From Octopus vulgaris (taxonomy: Eukaryota), in NCBI GenBank assembly GCA_951406725.2, contig OX597818.1:100688001-100752000 (forward strand): DNA of 64,000 nt, given 5' to 3'. The translations under genes were made by a program, and so were the position numbers. Below, in pieces: positions 1 to 12,990 of the stretch; position 1 is the first letter of the stretch; each line of letters begins with the position of its first letter. Below the pieces are notes generated by a model. That model was not told where the DNA came from. It worked only from the letters and a program-made list of their open reading frames with translations, and made no database searches.

Positions 1-3000
1 TTTCATAAATAAGAAACCGAGGGAAAGAGATCGTTACTTGATACAGATATTACTACTTCAAACAAAAATGCAAAGTGATGCATGTTTCAGCAGAAGCTAA
101 CCCATCTGCTTCATGCTAACTACAGATTGAACGGGTTGATCACGAAGTATTTATAGAAACCAAAGTCAAAGTAACCAGAATCCCATTAGCTTCATATTAA
201 GTTTGATACCAAAAATTGATCAACGACTTTTTTTTAAATTCGAAATTTAGTATTGAGAAAAAATATGCAGGAAAGTCAAACACATTTGAATTTAATTTTG
301 CTGATAATAGCAAATTTCGCTTCTTGTTGACCTCTTTAAACACAGGATCATAACAATTGTATATTTTAGAGTGATTGGTTGAAATCTGTGTATTAAGTGT
401 CAGCCTTTATTTTGTTTACTTTGTAGAATCTTTTAAAAAGTGCGGAGCTAATGCATTTGATTTGTTGACGGGGATTATAAGATCTACTGAAAAGCAGTAA
501 GAAAGAGTGTGACAGGGAGCTAAACATAGATGTATAAACCGGCATTAATTGAAATATATAACGGGGGTAGTGGGGAGAAAAATACAGGCATCTTCCACGT
601 TATTCCTTCATGTGGATATATGAATTATATTCTTTACAAATGGAAGAGCATGTGAAGGCATTTTGTCTAATACTGTACATCCAGTTGACATTAATTTTGA
701 AGTGAAAACAATATTGCCTTTCGTGCTTGCACTCATATGATTACCGATGCTCACAACTGTAATTCCTAGGTCTAATAATGCCGTTCTATCAATGCCTTCC
801 TTTATTCGAAAATGATCAGAGGCTTATAACAATTACGAGAAAAAGGTTGCAGGTATATCATACATTACCTTAAACAGAAGATGAATTTATGTAATTTTAT
901 TGTATGTTTTTCGTTTCATTCCTCTTTGATTACGTTCTCTAAAAGATGGAAGGCAAAATAATAATCAGCTATATTTAGTGATGTACTACTTGATAACACT
1001 CCTGTCATACAGACAGAAAATATATTATCGTTACAGATCGATAGAAAAATGCTATAGGAAAAGAGGTCCTAGCACTGGAATCAAGATAAAGGAATCACTG
1101 AGTTCAATAACAGCCTCTTGAAAGATAGCATATGTCAATAATATTAACATGCCTGTCTGTCTCTGTCTGTCTGTCTCTGTCCCTGTCTCTATCTGTCTGT
1201 CTGTCTGCCCTCCTCTCTCTGTTCTCAGTGAGTGAATGCCAAATTTTAAAATTTTGAATTCGCGTGCCACAAACCTAACAGAATAATGTACTTAACCAGT
1301 TACCTTTCCGGAGGTATTGGAATTGGCAATGTTTTCCTGCAATGCAAATATATACTAAATTATTCTATTACTCACACAGTATCGTAATCTGTGCATTTTA
1401 TATTAAATAATTAATGAAATTACCTCTTTTATATGTTGTGAACTAAGTGCTTTTGACGTGAAACCAAAGACTTGCTATTTGTAACAAGTGATATTAAAAA
1501 CCCACTCTCTGCCATGTCTATAGATATGCTGCACCCTCACCAGGCCTTTTTTCTCCAATTAAAATCTCGAGTATGGTATCGCAGGAAAGAAACGAACCTT
1601 TGATGCTGACGTGACCAGCACCGTAGCGTTTATCAAATATCTGCAAAAAAGCAAGATCAACATAGTAATGTGATGACAGAATAACAATATGTTTCTAAAT
1701 GTTTGCAAATAGATATAAAATAAAGAAGAAACTGGTATATATGCAAGCCAAGAGAAAAGCACTTACACATATGCTAAACCAATATTTCGGATCTCATTTT
1801 TTTTATGGCATTTTCGATTCCTTTAACGGAGTCTAAGAAAACGTCAAACTGCAAAAAAATATTTCTGATTCTTTTTTATTCCTCTGGCAACACCTGCCTA
1901 TATTTGTAAAGCTTTTCTCCAACAAAATATTTGACATTTACAGAAATTTACAATACTAAATAAAATGCTATAGAACATTCAAATGGATACTGTGACAGAA
2001 GAACTATGTTATACTGTGGCAATTTTTGAGAACTACAATCTAAATCTATAAGATTTAGTAAACGAAATATACACGATAAACAGAGATGTGGCTTTTCTCA
2101 TGATTTCTGCAAAGGCGGTCCCAGGAGAGGTTCCATGCTGTCAGTTAAACTGATGAGCAAGCATGTCTAAAGACACAGAAAGCAGTTCTGTAAAAATGCG
2201 AAAACTAAGTTCGTCTTTTTGTTATAAATACATATAATTACAGTTTCTGTTTAGTTTAATATATTGCGGGTGAGGGATTTAAACAAACTGTCACTACGTA
2301 GATCTTTCTTCATACCTGATGCATGTAAACATGTAATGAAACTTTAACCGTCAGCTGCTAGAATGTCATAGCAAAAAATTTCCATTCTTTAAAACTATTA
2401 ATAAAAAAAATATATATATATATATATATTTACCATATCAGAAAGAAGATATTATGAACAGTGTACGTTTTCACAAAAAAAGAATATTTTTATGTTCTTT
2501 TGGACTTACGAATAAAACCTATACTGCTACGTAAATATTTTTCTGTTGCCAAATTCAAACATACCCGCGCACATAAACACACACACATACATGCATATAT
2601 AATAAATAAACATTTATTATTTGAGCACGATCCTTTCAATAGTAGGTGAGGGAAGTAAATCATATTTAACATATAAACAATAGTCATGCAATTATTAAAT
2701 GTAGCCCAATATTTCATCAATGTTAACGAGTGATATAAATAAGCTTATAAATGGATAAAAACGGTAGTAAATACAATTATGATTTCGTAGCGAAATACTA
2801 ATAAAATTGACATGCGGAGAGAAATTCACAGAGAAAGGCAAATAATTTTGGTCTCTTATGCGCCGAGAGAGAGGATAAAGGGTCCTGTATTTCTGTTTCT
2901 GTGGAATAATTTGGCTCTCGAAGTTGGCTTTCCTTTAACTAATGTTAGACTGATGTTCAAATGAGGTAATCGCCTCGATTTCACAGATCCCTCTTCTTGT

Positions 3001-3224
3001 AGTAATATATGAATGCATGCGTTTAAATGTGTGTGTATGTATGCGTGTGTACATATATGCATATATATATATATGTGTGTGTGTGTGTAGAGGTATCTAT
3101 ATTATCTATATCTATCTATCTATCTGTCTATCTAAATAAATATATAAATATATATATATGCACATATACATACACACATACACACATAGTAAAATGCATA
3201 CATTCATATATTACTACAATGTAT

Positions 3225-3545
3225 ATATTATGGAGATGAACTTGTGTAGCAAGTGACTTGATCTGAGATCATGTGTTGAAACGAAATCAATTGCAGCGTG
3301 GAAAATATTTGTAAGTCATTCGAGAACACACAAAAAACCGTTAGTTTCACTTTAACATTTAAAATATATTCGTGTCAAAATATTTTCTTCGCTTTGAGAC
3401 TGTTCACTGACCGCGACCGCGACCTGTTTGTCAGTGGACAGGTCGCAGTTTCAAAGTGACGAAAATATTTTGACACGAATAGATTTCAAATGTTCAAGTG
3501 AAACTAACAGTTTTTGTGTTCTTCAATGGCTTCCACGCTGCAAAT
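3225..3545. mobile_element. Fold-back (palindromic) repeat, probable Penelope-like pseudo-LTR derivative with hammerhead-like cores
   Basis: Arms ~3291-3400 and ~3448-3543 are imperfect reverse complements. Flanked by (TA)n. The outer flank recurs inverted at ~47685-47815. Confidence 0.65.
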
Positions 3546-3582
3546 GTTTTGTATATATATATATATTTATTTTATAGAAGGA

Positions 3583-3631
3583 GCTTCTACAGGACAAGAA
3601 CTGTTTCATTCAGATGAAATCTTCAGGAAGC
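3583..3631 (-). ncRNA. Type I minimal hammerhead ribozyme motif
   Basis: Minus strand: gcttc-CTGAAGA-tttcatctgaat-GAAA-cag(ttcttgtc)ctg-TA-gaagc. Stem I 5 bp, stem III 3 bp plus A-U, GUA cleavage triplet. Stem II is weak. Confidence 0.7.
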
Positions 3632-3690
3632 TGGCTGTCAAAATAAGGTCTGGTATTTATATATTTAGGCAGACCTTATTTTGACAGCCA

Positions 3691-3739
3691 GCTTCCTGAA
3701 GATTTCATCTGAATGAAACAGTTCTAGTCCCGTAGAAGC
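3691..3739 (+). ncRNA. Type I minimal hammerhead ribozyme motif
   Basis: gcttc-CTGAAGA-tttcatctgaat-GAAA-cagttctagtcccg-TA-gaagc. Predicted cleavage after 3734. Confidence 0.65.
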
Positions 3740-3825
3740 TCCTTCTATAAAATAAATTACTTTACTCTGCTATGTATTGAGTACCTTATTTACTGTGGTT
3801 AACCCCGACTCAACCCGGGACCTAC

Positions 3826-3915
<90 letters not shown>

Positions 3916-4120
3916 ATGTATGTATGTATGTATGTATGTGTGTGTGTGTGTGTGTATATAAATAAGGATAAGATCGTTAATTTAAAAATATAATAACGTC
4001 ACCGTATTTACTGCGGCGATATTTTGACCATATCTCACATGGAATTAAACGGCGGGTATTTTGAACTGGCCATGATGCATGCATGCATATATATGTTGGT
4101 ATACGTTCGTATTCGTTTGT

Positions 4121-4169
<49 letters not shown>

Positions 4170-4440
4170 TTATGCTTCTTTTCTGTGTATATTCTCTTGA
4201 CAAGACAAAGCATTACTACATGCAAACCAGAAATCCGGGATGAACAATTATCCAGTAATTTTTTACTAGTTTCATCTTGTCTCTTTGTTTTCTCTACTTG
4301 TCGATATATGGACAACTAAGGTGGTTTTAGAGTCAGATCAAGGCTGCTATTTTCAGCATGGTATGTAGTAGATACCCTAATTTATAATTTTATATATATA
4401 TATATATATATACTTACATATAAGAGAACAAAGTATACGT

Positions 4441-4483
<43 letters not shown>

Positions 4484-4523
4484 AATACAAAATGGGACAA
4501 GAACGCAAAATATCCAAAGAGAC

Positions 4524-4574
4524 GATACAAAAGACACGGCTGGGTCTTTCGAAGCCTTTAATCTTCAGTCGTAC
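4524..4574 (-). ncRNA. Hammerhead-like motif in a short microsatellite-embedded repeat
   Basis: Minus: gtacga-CTGAAGA-ttaaaggcttc-GAAA-gac(ccagccgt)gtc-TT-ttgtat. Stems I and III pair, stem II is poor. Related decayed copy at ~60945-61005 (+). Confidence 0.45.
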
Positions 4575-4639
4575 AAAGTTTTGTGACATATGTATTTTAT
4601 ATATATCTGTATATATATATATATATATATATATACAAG

Positions 4640-5510
4640 AAAAAAACAACAAGAATGGATTAGTTATTCAGTACAATTGTTTCATACGAAGAACAGCTAT
4701 ATTAAAAGCTTCAAATATTGCAGCAAATACAAGTGTCCCGTATTCAGCAGCGAAAACACATATGAGTTTTCCAAACATCCTAGGGGATGAGGCTACACTC
4801 ATGAAGTATCGAAGAGAGTTCTATGAAAAGCAAAGAAATAAACTAAATTTTGTAGGTTTTGTACTTACACCCCTTCCTCCCATAATGTCCTTATTTGGGT
4901 GGTTTCTGCTGCACTGACTTCTTTTGCGACTTCTTTTAGCCAATATAGTCAATCCAACATAGTAGTTTTGTGAAACGAATAGAAGTGTGATCAGCATCTT
5001 CTCGTATATCAGGAAATTACATCTACATTATTATGGATGCATTCATCTTCTGTGAGTATGAAATATCTCATATCTCCGGAAATTACACATGCAATATTAT
5101 GGATGGATTTACCTTTTCTGTGAAGCTAACAAACTTTTTTAAAAACCTTTTATAAAACTGTGCATCATTAGAGATCTTTTGAAGTCTGCTTACGATCTAA
5201 CTTTGCTTTTCATAGAACTCTCTTCGCTACTTCATGAGTGTAGCCTCACCCCCTAGAATGTTTGGAAAACTCATATGTGTTTTGGCTGATGAATACGGGA
5301 CACTTGTATTTGCTGCAATATTTGCAGCTTTTAATAAAGCTGTTCTTCGTATGAAACAATTGTAGTGACAACTAATCCATTTTTGTTGCTTTTTTCTCGA
5401 TTATATTCACCCCACATTATTTTATGGTTAATACCATATAGATTTCTGGTGCATCTAAGTTAAGTACCGCATTCATGTGAATTCATTGGAACTCACTTGA
5501 ACCTTAATTG
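4640..5510. mobile_element. Long inverted-repeat element (~195-bp arms, ~365-bp spacer), probable Penelope-like inverted pLTR structure
   Basis: 4640-4835 is the reverse complement of 5201-5398. Both arms contain hammerhead cores. Flanked by (TA)n. The spacer holds a ~60-bp tandem duplication (~5000-5123). Confidence 0.7.
5280..5370 (+). ncRNA. Hammerhead ribozyme motif with extended stem II
   Basis: CTGATGA (5286-92), stem II atacggg/ttcgtat enclosing ~45 nt, then GAAA-caattg-TA with palindromic stem III. Stem I is mutated in this arm. Confidence 0.55.
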
Positions 5511-5528
5511 TTTTTACGGAAAAAAAAA

Positions 5529-5589
<61 letters not shown>

Positions 5590-7054
5590 TACACACACGA
5601 ACATACATATATTCATGGATGCATACACACACATATATTTAGTAGTCAGAACAAATACGGAGACTTCTACAGCTGCTTATATTTTCTTTTAATTTTTATA
5701 TTCACAGTTAATTATGGAGCATAATTAGCTTAGATATGACCGGCGACTGTTTCTGACACATGAAGATTTCGCTGTGGCATTTGGAACTAGCTATTTTCAA
5801 CTATGGCCATTTATTCAAGGCTTGTGCACATGTTTTTCGAGCTACAATTCTTTCTCTCTCTCTATTTCTTTCTCTCTATCTGTCTGTCTTCTTGTCTCTC
5901 TATCACCCTCTCTCTCTTTCTTTCCGATACAAAGCCAGCAACAATTGACAAAATGCTGCCGGGCATTGAACGGCAATTCGCACAAATACCAAACGAAATG
6001 TTTCATGAAGTTTTGCGATTCCTGGCTTCCAGTTATCAACAGTGACCGAGCCGAAACATCAACTAATTTAAATAACAGTAAACAGAATTGGAATAATATC
6101 TGTACATTGTAATAAGTGTTGCAAATGATACTTATTACAACAAACACTGACTTTATAATCATATAACTTACGTATGCATTTTTATAGAGGGAAACATATG
6201 TAGACAAGTACACATACGCAAATGGAGACTGAAACACATGATCATATATACACATACACTTTACTCCACACAAGGACACATATGGAGACACGTGTCCATA
6301 CATATAGAGATGCACAGCCATACATACAAACATGGTACATAGTTGCAAATCACACACACAGGCATGCACACACAAGGATACAGAGGTGCATACATATACG
6401 AATACACGCTCACACACACACATACAAAAAATTACACACACACTGACATGCAAGAGCATGAATGTGCAGAATACGTACAGGTGCACACACATACACATAT
6501 ACATATGCATGCACACATATATACATACACGCATGTATACATACATACATACATACATGCATACATACATACATAGGCGCACACACACACATACACACAG
6601 ACAATGACCCACACACATGCGCACAAACAAAAAGGAAAGCAGTGCAAATAACGGACGGACGGAAAACTATTGAAAAGGTTGCAAGACGCAACAAAATTTT
6701 AGGAAAACAAAAATAAGAACTAAGTGGAAATTTTACCGGTGAGTGTGTTAAATTATAAGGCACCAAAAGAGAATGACTCTCCTCAGACACAATAGAACAG
6801 ACATAGACATATACATATAAAATATGCATCACGATAAGATTATGGGTAAGTACACGTCTATAATAAATAAAGTCAGTTAGTGCTCAGACTAAGGAAAATA
6901 AAGAAAATCAAACTTCTAATTAAGGGGAATCAAGCTAGGTAAATCACTTTTTTTAAAGTTATTCTCTTATTCTCTTGCGCTCATATATATGCATATATGC
7001 GCATAAAAACACCCACCATCGACATTTGCGCAAAAGCTTTACAAGCGAGGAATA

Positions 7055-7874
7055 TCTACATATATAAAACTGTAGTTGTGTGAGTGTCTTTTCCCTTCGA
7101 TTTAGATTCCTAACTACTCCCACATTTTGCGGTGCAGTTTAACCAAATTTTTTTCATTTTTTTCCATTTTAACGCATATTTTTTTAATTAGCTGCGGAGT
7201 TGGCGTCCATGCTCACACCTGCACCTGTTTTGCTTCTCCCCTTTCTTCCCTCCCTCTTGAAGCTGTGGGGAAGGGAGTGTAAGGAAAGCAACGTCGTAAA
7301 GCGCTGTCAAGGAGACCAGCGTTCTTTTAGAACAACAATTTCATGGCTTGATGTCGCCAAAACAGAAATCGCTAAAAAAGCTGAAACATCCACAAAAACG
7401 GCAAAAACCGCCACACAGAGCAGGTTTCCTGTGCAAACAATTTGCACAACCGAATGTTTTAGTTGTTGCACAAATCTTTATATATAAAAGTGAAGTTGTG
7501 TGCCTGTCTCCTACGATTTAGATTCCTAACTACTCCCACATTTTGCGGTGCAGTTTAACCGGGTATCTTATAGTCGTGATTCATATCGAGTCCTTCTGGG
7601 TATTAGCGCGCGTCTACGATGAGTCGACGATTTAAAAAAAAAATTACAATAATTTATTTCCATTTTAATGCATTTTTTCGCTATTATATAGGGGAAGTAA
7701 CTCTCTAAAAATGTCTACGATGAGTCAACGATTTAAAAAAAAAATTACCATTATTTTTTATTCCATATATTTCATTTTTAATGCATTTTTGCTATTTTTT
7801 TGCTATAACTCACTAAAAATGCTTATATAGTTATTTCCCTTACAAACCCAAGCAACGCCGGGCGATACTGCTAG
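7055..7874 (+). mobile_element. Non-autonomous Helitron
   Basis: Starts A^TC, ends CTAG^T with GC-rich subterminal hairpin (cccaagcaacgccggg) ~10 nt upstream. No TSD. 5' end duplicated at 7475. Confidence 0.8.
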
Positions 7875-7924
7875 TAAACTATATTCTCCGGTTTGCAAAC
7901 TCTATTTGCAATTTTACTCATATC

Positions 7925-8079
7925 TATGAGTGTGTGTGTGTGTCTGAATGAGTGTATATGTGTGTATGTATGTATGTATGTATGTATGTATGTATATATA
8001 TATATATATATGTATCTCTTCCATATATATATGTATCTCTCTTTTTCTCTATCTGTCTATCTTTCAATCCATCTATCTT

Positions 8080-8135
<56 letters not shown>

Positions 8136-8489
8136 ACTATCTATAAATATATATGTGCATATACGTATTTGTGACATCTAAACAATATTTCGCTAATCAT
8201 ACATAAACACTAGATATTAAATGCAGTAGACTACTAGTAATAAAAATTGTTGAGACGTATCATTTGATCAGTACTTACACATATGAGTTTATATTGAAAA
8301 CGACCATAAATACAAGCCATCGACTGTTTGATCCCTTTCCGTATACGTATACTCACACAGAAATATATTCACACAGACACACACACACACACACTCACAT
8401 GCACACACACTCCCACCAACACACACTCCACATACTCACACAAGTCTGAATGTATTCATACATATGTACTATATACATACACATATTTT

Positions 8490-8547
<58 letters not shown>

Positions 8548-8556
8548 TATGTATAA

Positions 8557-8628
<72 letters not shown>

Positions 8629-8957
8629 CTGTAATTCCTTGTTTCATATGTTGATATATCTCTATATCTATCCACTTGACTATCTGTCTATCTATGTCTC
8701 TATGTATGTATGTATGTATGTATGTATGTATGTATGTATCTATCTATCTATCTATCTATCTACTTATCTATCTATCTATCTTTCTGTCCATCTATTCGTC
8801 ATATATCTCACTTTATCTCTGTCTCTCCTGCACTCTACTCCTCTTTCTCTACTACTCTATCCCAGTATGTATGTATGTACGTATGTATGTATGCATTTAT
8901 GTATGTATGTGTACACGTGTGTGTGTGTATGTATATGTATACATATATGTTACAAGC

Positions 8958-8988
<31 letters not shown>

Positions 8989-9102
8989 TATATATGTATT
9001 TAATATATGTACAGACACACACACATATATATGTATTTAACGTATATATGTATATATATACATCTATAAAACATTTATATATGTATACATATATGTGTGT
9101 AC

Positions 9103-9143
<41 letters not shown>

Positions 9144-9165
9144 TAATACATACATGTACATATAT
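7925..9165. repeat. Compound microsatellite field (TG/TATG/TCTA/CA/TA)
   Basis: Directly visible tandem di- and tetranucleotide runs. Source of many spurious ORFs. Confidence 0.95.
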
Positions 9166-9513
9166 GCACTTCCTTCGATAAAGTGATATACCATAAATAT
9201 TTTATTGCCGTGAGAATAACACATTTAATATCCGGTGCTTAATTTAGGATAGTCATAATTGTATTATGATGAATTCAGATTGAGTAACTACTGCTTGCAT
9301 CTTACACTCAAATTCTGTTAAATAAATCCGTGTTTATTTCAAAATCAAAAATGCATTAATATCACATACTCTGAAAAATTACACTAGCATTCAAATTAAT
9401 TATAACAATCGCAAATGAGGTAGAAGCAATATCTAGAACAACAATGGAGATTATTACCTCTGGATATTATGAAACATGATCTCCGAAAGTGCTCAGAGAA
9501 GCTATGTATAATA

Positions 9514-10070
9514 CGATGGTGAGTCAATATGTAATGCCATTTTGGTTTGGAAAAGAATAATTACCAGCACAGGAACATGTATCATACATCAAAATAAAGC
9601 TGGTCCTCTGTGGATTACATCCTTACTTCTCGACATAGTCATCGTTTCTCTCAATAGCAATGTTCAATCTTCGAATGAGAGCATGTATCCCTACCCCCGT
9701 AAAATTCTGTTGAGTTTTCTTTGAGCCACTTCTTCACTACAGTTTTCACTTCCTCGTCACTGGAATAACGTTTGCCTCTCAAACGCTCTTTCGTGGCGCC
9801 GAAGTGATGATGGTCTGACGGCGCTAAATCTGGTGCGTGTGGAGGTAGTGAAGAAGTGGCTCAAAGAACAATCAACAAGATTTTACGGGGCAGGGATACA
9901 TGCTCTCATTCGAAGGTGGAACATTGCTATTGAGAGAAACAATGACTATGTTGAGAAGCAGGGATGTGATCCACAGAGGACTAACTTCATTTTGATGTAT
10001 GTTACATGTTACTGTTTTGGTAATTATACTTGTTCTAAACAAAATAGCATTACTTTTTCACTCACTCTCG
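9514..10070. mobile_element. Mariner-derived fold-back element (two inverted transposase 3' ends)
   Basis: TA flanks at 9512-13 and 10071-72, ~230-bp inverted arms. Minus strand reads PDLAPSD..F...KERLRGKRYSSDEEVKTVVKKWL. Plus arm reads VVKKWLKEQSTRFYGAGIHALIRRWNIAIERNNDYVEK, a mariner C-terminus. Confidence 0.88.
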
Positions 10071-10104
10071 TAGAATTAAATAAGTTACAGACATGCTAAT
10101 ATTA

Positions 10105-10197
10105 TAAGTAGCTAACTCGGAGAGCGGGCAAAATCTTATCACCCCGGCCAAGATTCTTAACGGCATTTCGACGGTCTTTACGTTGTAATTTCAAATG
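10105..10197 (+). mobile_element. SINE family B 5' fragment
   Basis: Decayed match to the head of the copies at 41432 and 57020. Confidence 0.5.
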
Positions 10198-10199
10198 AG

Positions 10200-10775
10200 T
10201 GCTCGGAAATTTATGCCGCAGGCCAGGTAATAGTCGTTTCCTGGGAATGAAGACAAAGTCTTGGTTCTGGACTTGTGCAGCCCCAGGTTTCTTTGTGCTC
10301 TGGTGATCCTATTCTATGCGTAGGTGGAGGCACATCTATTGTTGCAACTACACTATGCAGGGCGGTCCTGTGCCTGCATTACCCAGTTTTGCGGGTCGAT
10401 TTGAGTGTAACTTAAAAGTACTTTTCCTTTTGGGTAGTAGTTTGTCAGACATTCCAACACGTTGGCCTGCCGACGTTGACAGCGCTCTCTTCAGCAAAGT
10501 GTACAAGCCCGGAGGATTAACTCAAGAGAGGACATTCCTGTCTCGAAACTTGTCAAGCTAGGTGATTTTCCTCAGCTTTCTTAGAAAGCTTATGCGATAG
10601 CTGTTCCGCCGTTTGGCGTGCCGTTCATAAACCTTCCAAGTCTCGCAAGCATACAGTGTTTTAACAGTACAAGTGCTTGATATACCTTCAGCTTGGTGGT
10701 AAGCTTAATGCCTCTCATCTCCTAAATTGCTTCAGCTAGCTTCCCGAATGCTGGGCTAGCCATTGTGATGCGGAT
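10200..10775 (-). mobile_element. RTE-clade LINE fragment (post-RT region), decayed
   Basis: Minus translation RITMASPAFGKL..RGIKLTTKLKVYQALVL..LYACETWKVYERH..LRKLRKIT*LDKFRDRNVL, typical of RTE/BovB, with stops and frameshifts. Confidence 0.85.
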
Positions 10776-10792
10776 ACATAGTTATATACATA

Positions 10793-10834
<42 letters not shown>

Positions 10835-10897
10835 TATAATACATACACTAACACACATACACATATAAGTACGTGTGCAGATACATAGTTATATACA

Positions 10898-10961
<64 letters not shown>

Positions 10962-10964
10962 GAA

Positions 10965-11001
<37 letters not shown>

Positions 11002-11040
11002 ATACATACACTAACACACATACACATATAAGTACGTGTG
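10775..11040. repeat. Two-unit tandem duplication built around (TA)n
   Basis: atacatagttatatacata...(TA)n...cactaacacacatacacatataagtacgtgtg occurs twice. Confidence 0.8.
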
Positions 11041-11055
11041 TGTATACAATCTGAG

Positions 11056-11106
<51 letters not shown>

Positions 11107-11783
11107 TATATGTTCTTACACACACACATGCATATATAAGGAAGTGAGAGAGAGATAACAGTAAATACATGTACGTACATGCATATAACATCATTATAGA
11201 GCTAAGATTAATATTACTTGACAGAGATAGATGAATTTCGTGCACACACAGTGAACTTATAATAGACCCCGCAGGCGAAGTGCCAAACAGTAGACAAGAC
11301 GCATTGTTTTATGTGACGTTTTCGATTGCTGCGTGCGAATCCTATCTGTCAATTGCAGATGAAATTAATTTTAATCTACATTTCACTAAGATAATGCGAC
11401 TGCTTTTAATGATTTCTACCAGCCGTTCATCTAAGCAGAGGTTAGCCAGTGTGAAAAGCTGAGTATTCTAATTATGAAGTTAATTTTTCGGTTAATATGA
11501 AAGACATGGCAATTAACGTTCACCAGTGATTAAAGAATGTTTTTCTTCTCACTTGTCAAAAATATTCTATGTTGTTGTGGAACCCCTGGGAGATAAACTA
11601 CAACGACATCAACTGATTTTGTTTTACATATTTTTTTCCTCATTACAATTCACTGTTGGGAATGTACATATGTTCACATATGTGTCAACTTATATACATA
11701 TATATATATCATTTGATTGTATGTATTTGTATATATAACTATATAGATATAAAACTATCAACACACGTGTATATGTAAAGATG

Positions 11784-11828
<45 letters not shown>

Positions 11829-12990
11829 CATACATACATACCTACTGGCACAGACATATACATATACATACACGCATGCATATATATATCTATATATGTC
11901 TGTCTATCTATCCATCTATATAAATAGATACATACATACATATATATATATATGTATATATATATATATGCATTTATACGCGTATACATATTCATGCAGA
12001 CTTCGTCACATATATGTGTGCAGATATATATTCAGAGATGCAGGAAGACATAAAGTTATACTATTGTTGAACTATTAATTGAAGCGGATGTTGTGAACTA
12101 CATGCGAAAAAAATGTTTTTTTGTAAACTCTTAGTAAGTCATCTCGAAGTAAATAACATTTCTAATAGTAATCAATTTATTTCTACAATAGAAAATCAAG
12201 ATACCGAGCTTAAACTGAATTTCATGGAAACTAAATTAAAGATATTTACACTCTTTCATTCAAGAATTTCCAAAATGATAACATATACAAATTCTGCATT
12301 TGGACGTTGTAATTGAAAATATAAAGTAAAACATTCGATATAATTACGATGTTCTTCTTTGTTGCAAATCGTACCGTATGCAGTTCGTAAATACTTAGTG
12401 GCACTTCGGGATATATGTCCTGAAGTGCTGTACTTAATATGTAGTTTATTACATATATCATTTTATAGCGGAGACAGGAGCAGGTAATCTTTGTTATTAA
12501 CACCTCAAAATCTTATATTTCTAACATAAAACCTGAAACGTCAAGTTTTATGTTTCTTGTATATTGGCTATAACATATTTATTGTCTTTATAATTTATAT
12601 TTCTATCCAGCTCGTATAACTTTGTTTCATCTTTAAATATATATTAACAGGTGGGGTTTAATCAGAAAGATACACTGACTTGAATACACACACACACAAC
12701 CACACACACAAGCGTGCACCCACACACATATAATCATTTATATTCTCAGTACATTATAAATACATTATATCCATTATTTACATTTCTGCTCACGAACATC
12801 AGACTGAAAAGTTTCAAGAAATTTACGTATGTACTTTCGTGCTCCTTATTTGCCAGTTCTATTTTATATCAACTTTATCAAAAATGTTATAAAATTACCA
12901 TAAGACTATTGGCTATGCCATATACGACGCAGACACGCACGCACACACACACACACACACATGCATACACTAAGTCAGTCACATATATAT

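Larger units (their letters stand above)
3565..3826. mobile_element. Palindromic Penelope-like terminal element (inverted hammerhead pair plus unique tail)
   Basis: 88-bp arms 3565-3652 and 3670-3757 with 2 mismatches. AATAAA follows the ribozyme. Tail runs to ~3826, embedded in (TA)n. Confidence 0.7.

Noticed and set aside
770-1121. Possible + strand exon pair (770-852 and from 1037)
   Set aside because: Weak acceptors, the phase join gives an almost immediate stop, and no recognisable protein.
2145-2195. CTGATGA...GAAA hammerhead-like spacing
   Set aside because: Stems I and III do not pair, so likely chance.
5842-9169. Long ORFs such as 5842-6630 (262 aa) and 8450-9040 (196 aa)
   Set aside because: Translations of CA/TA/TATG microsatellites (CVCV, YIYI), not proteins. 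The same applies to most of the ORF track.
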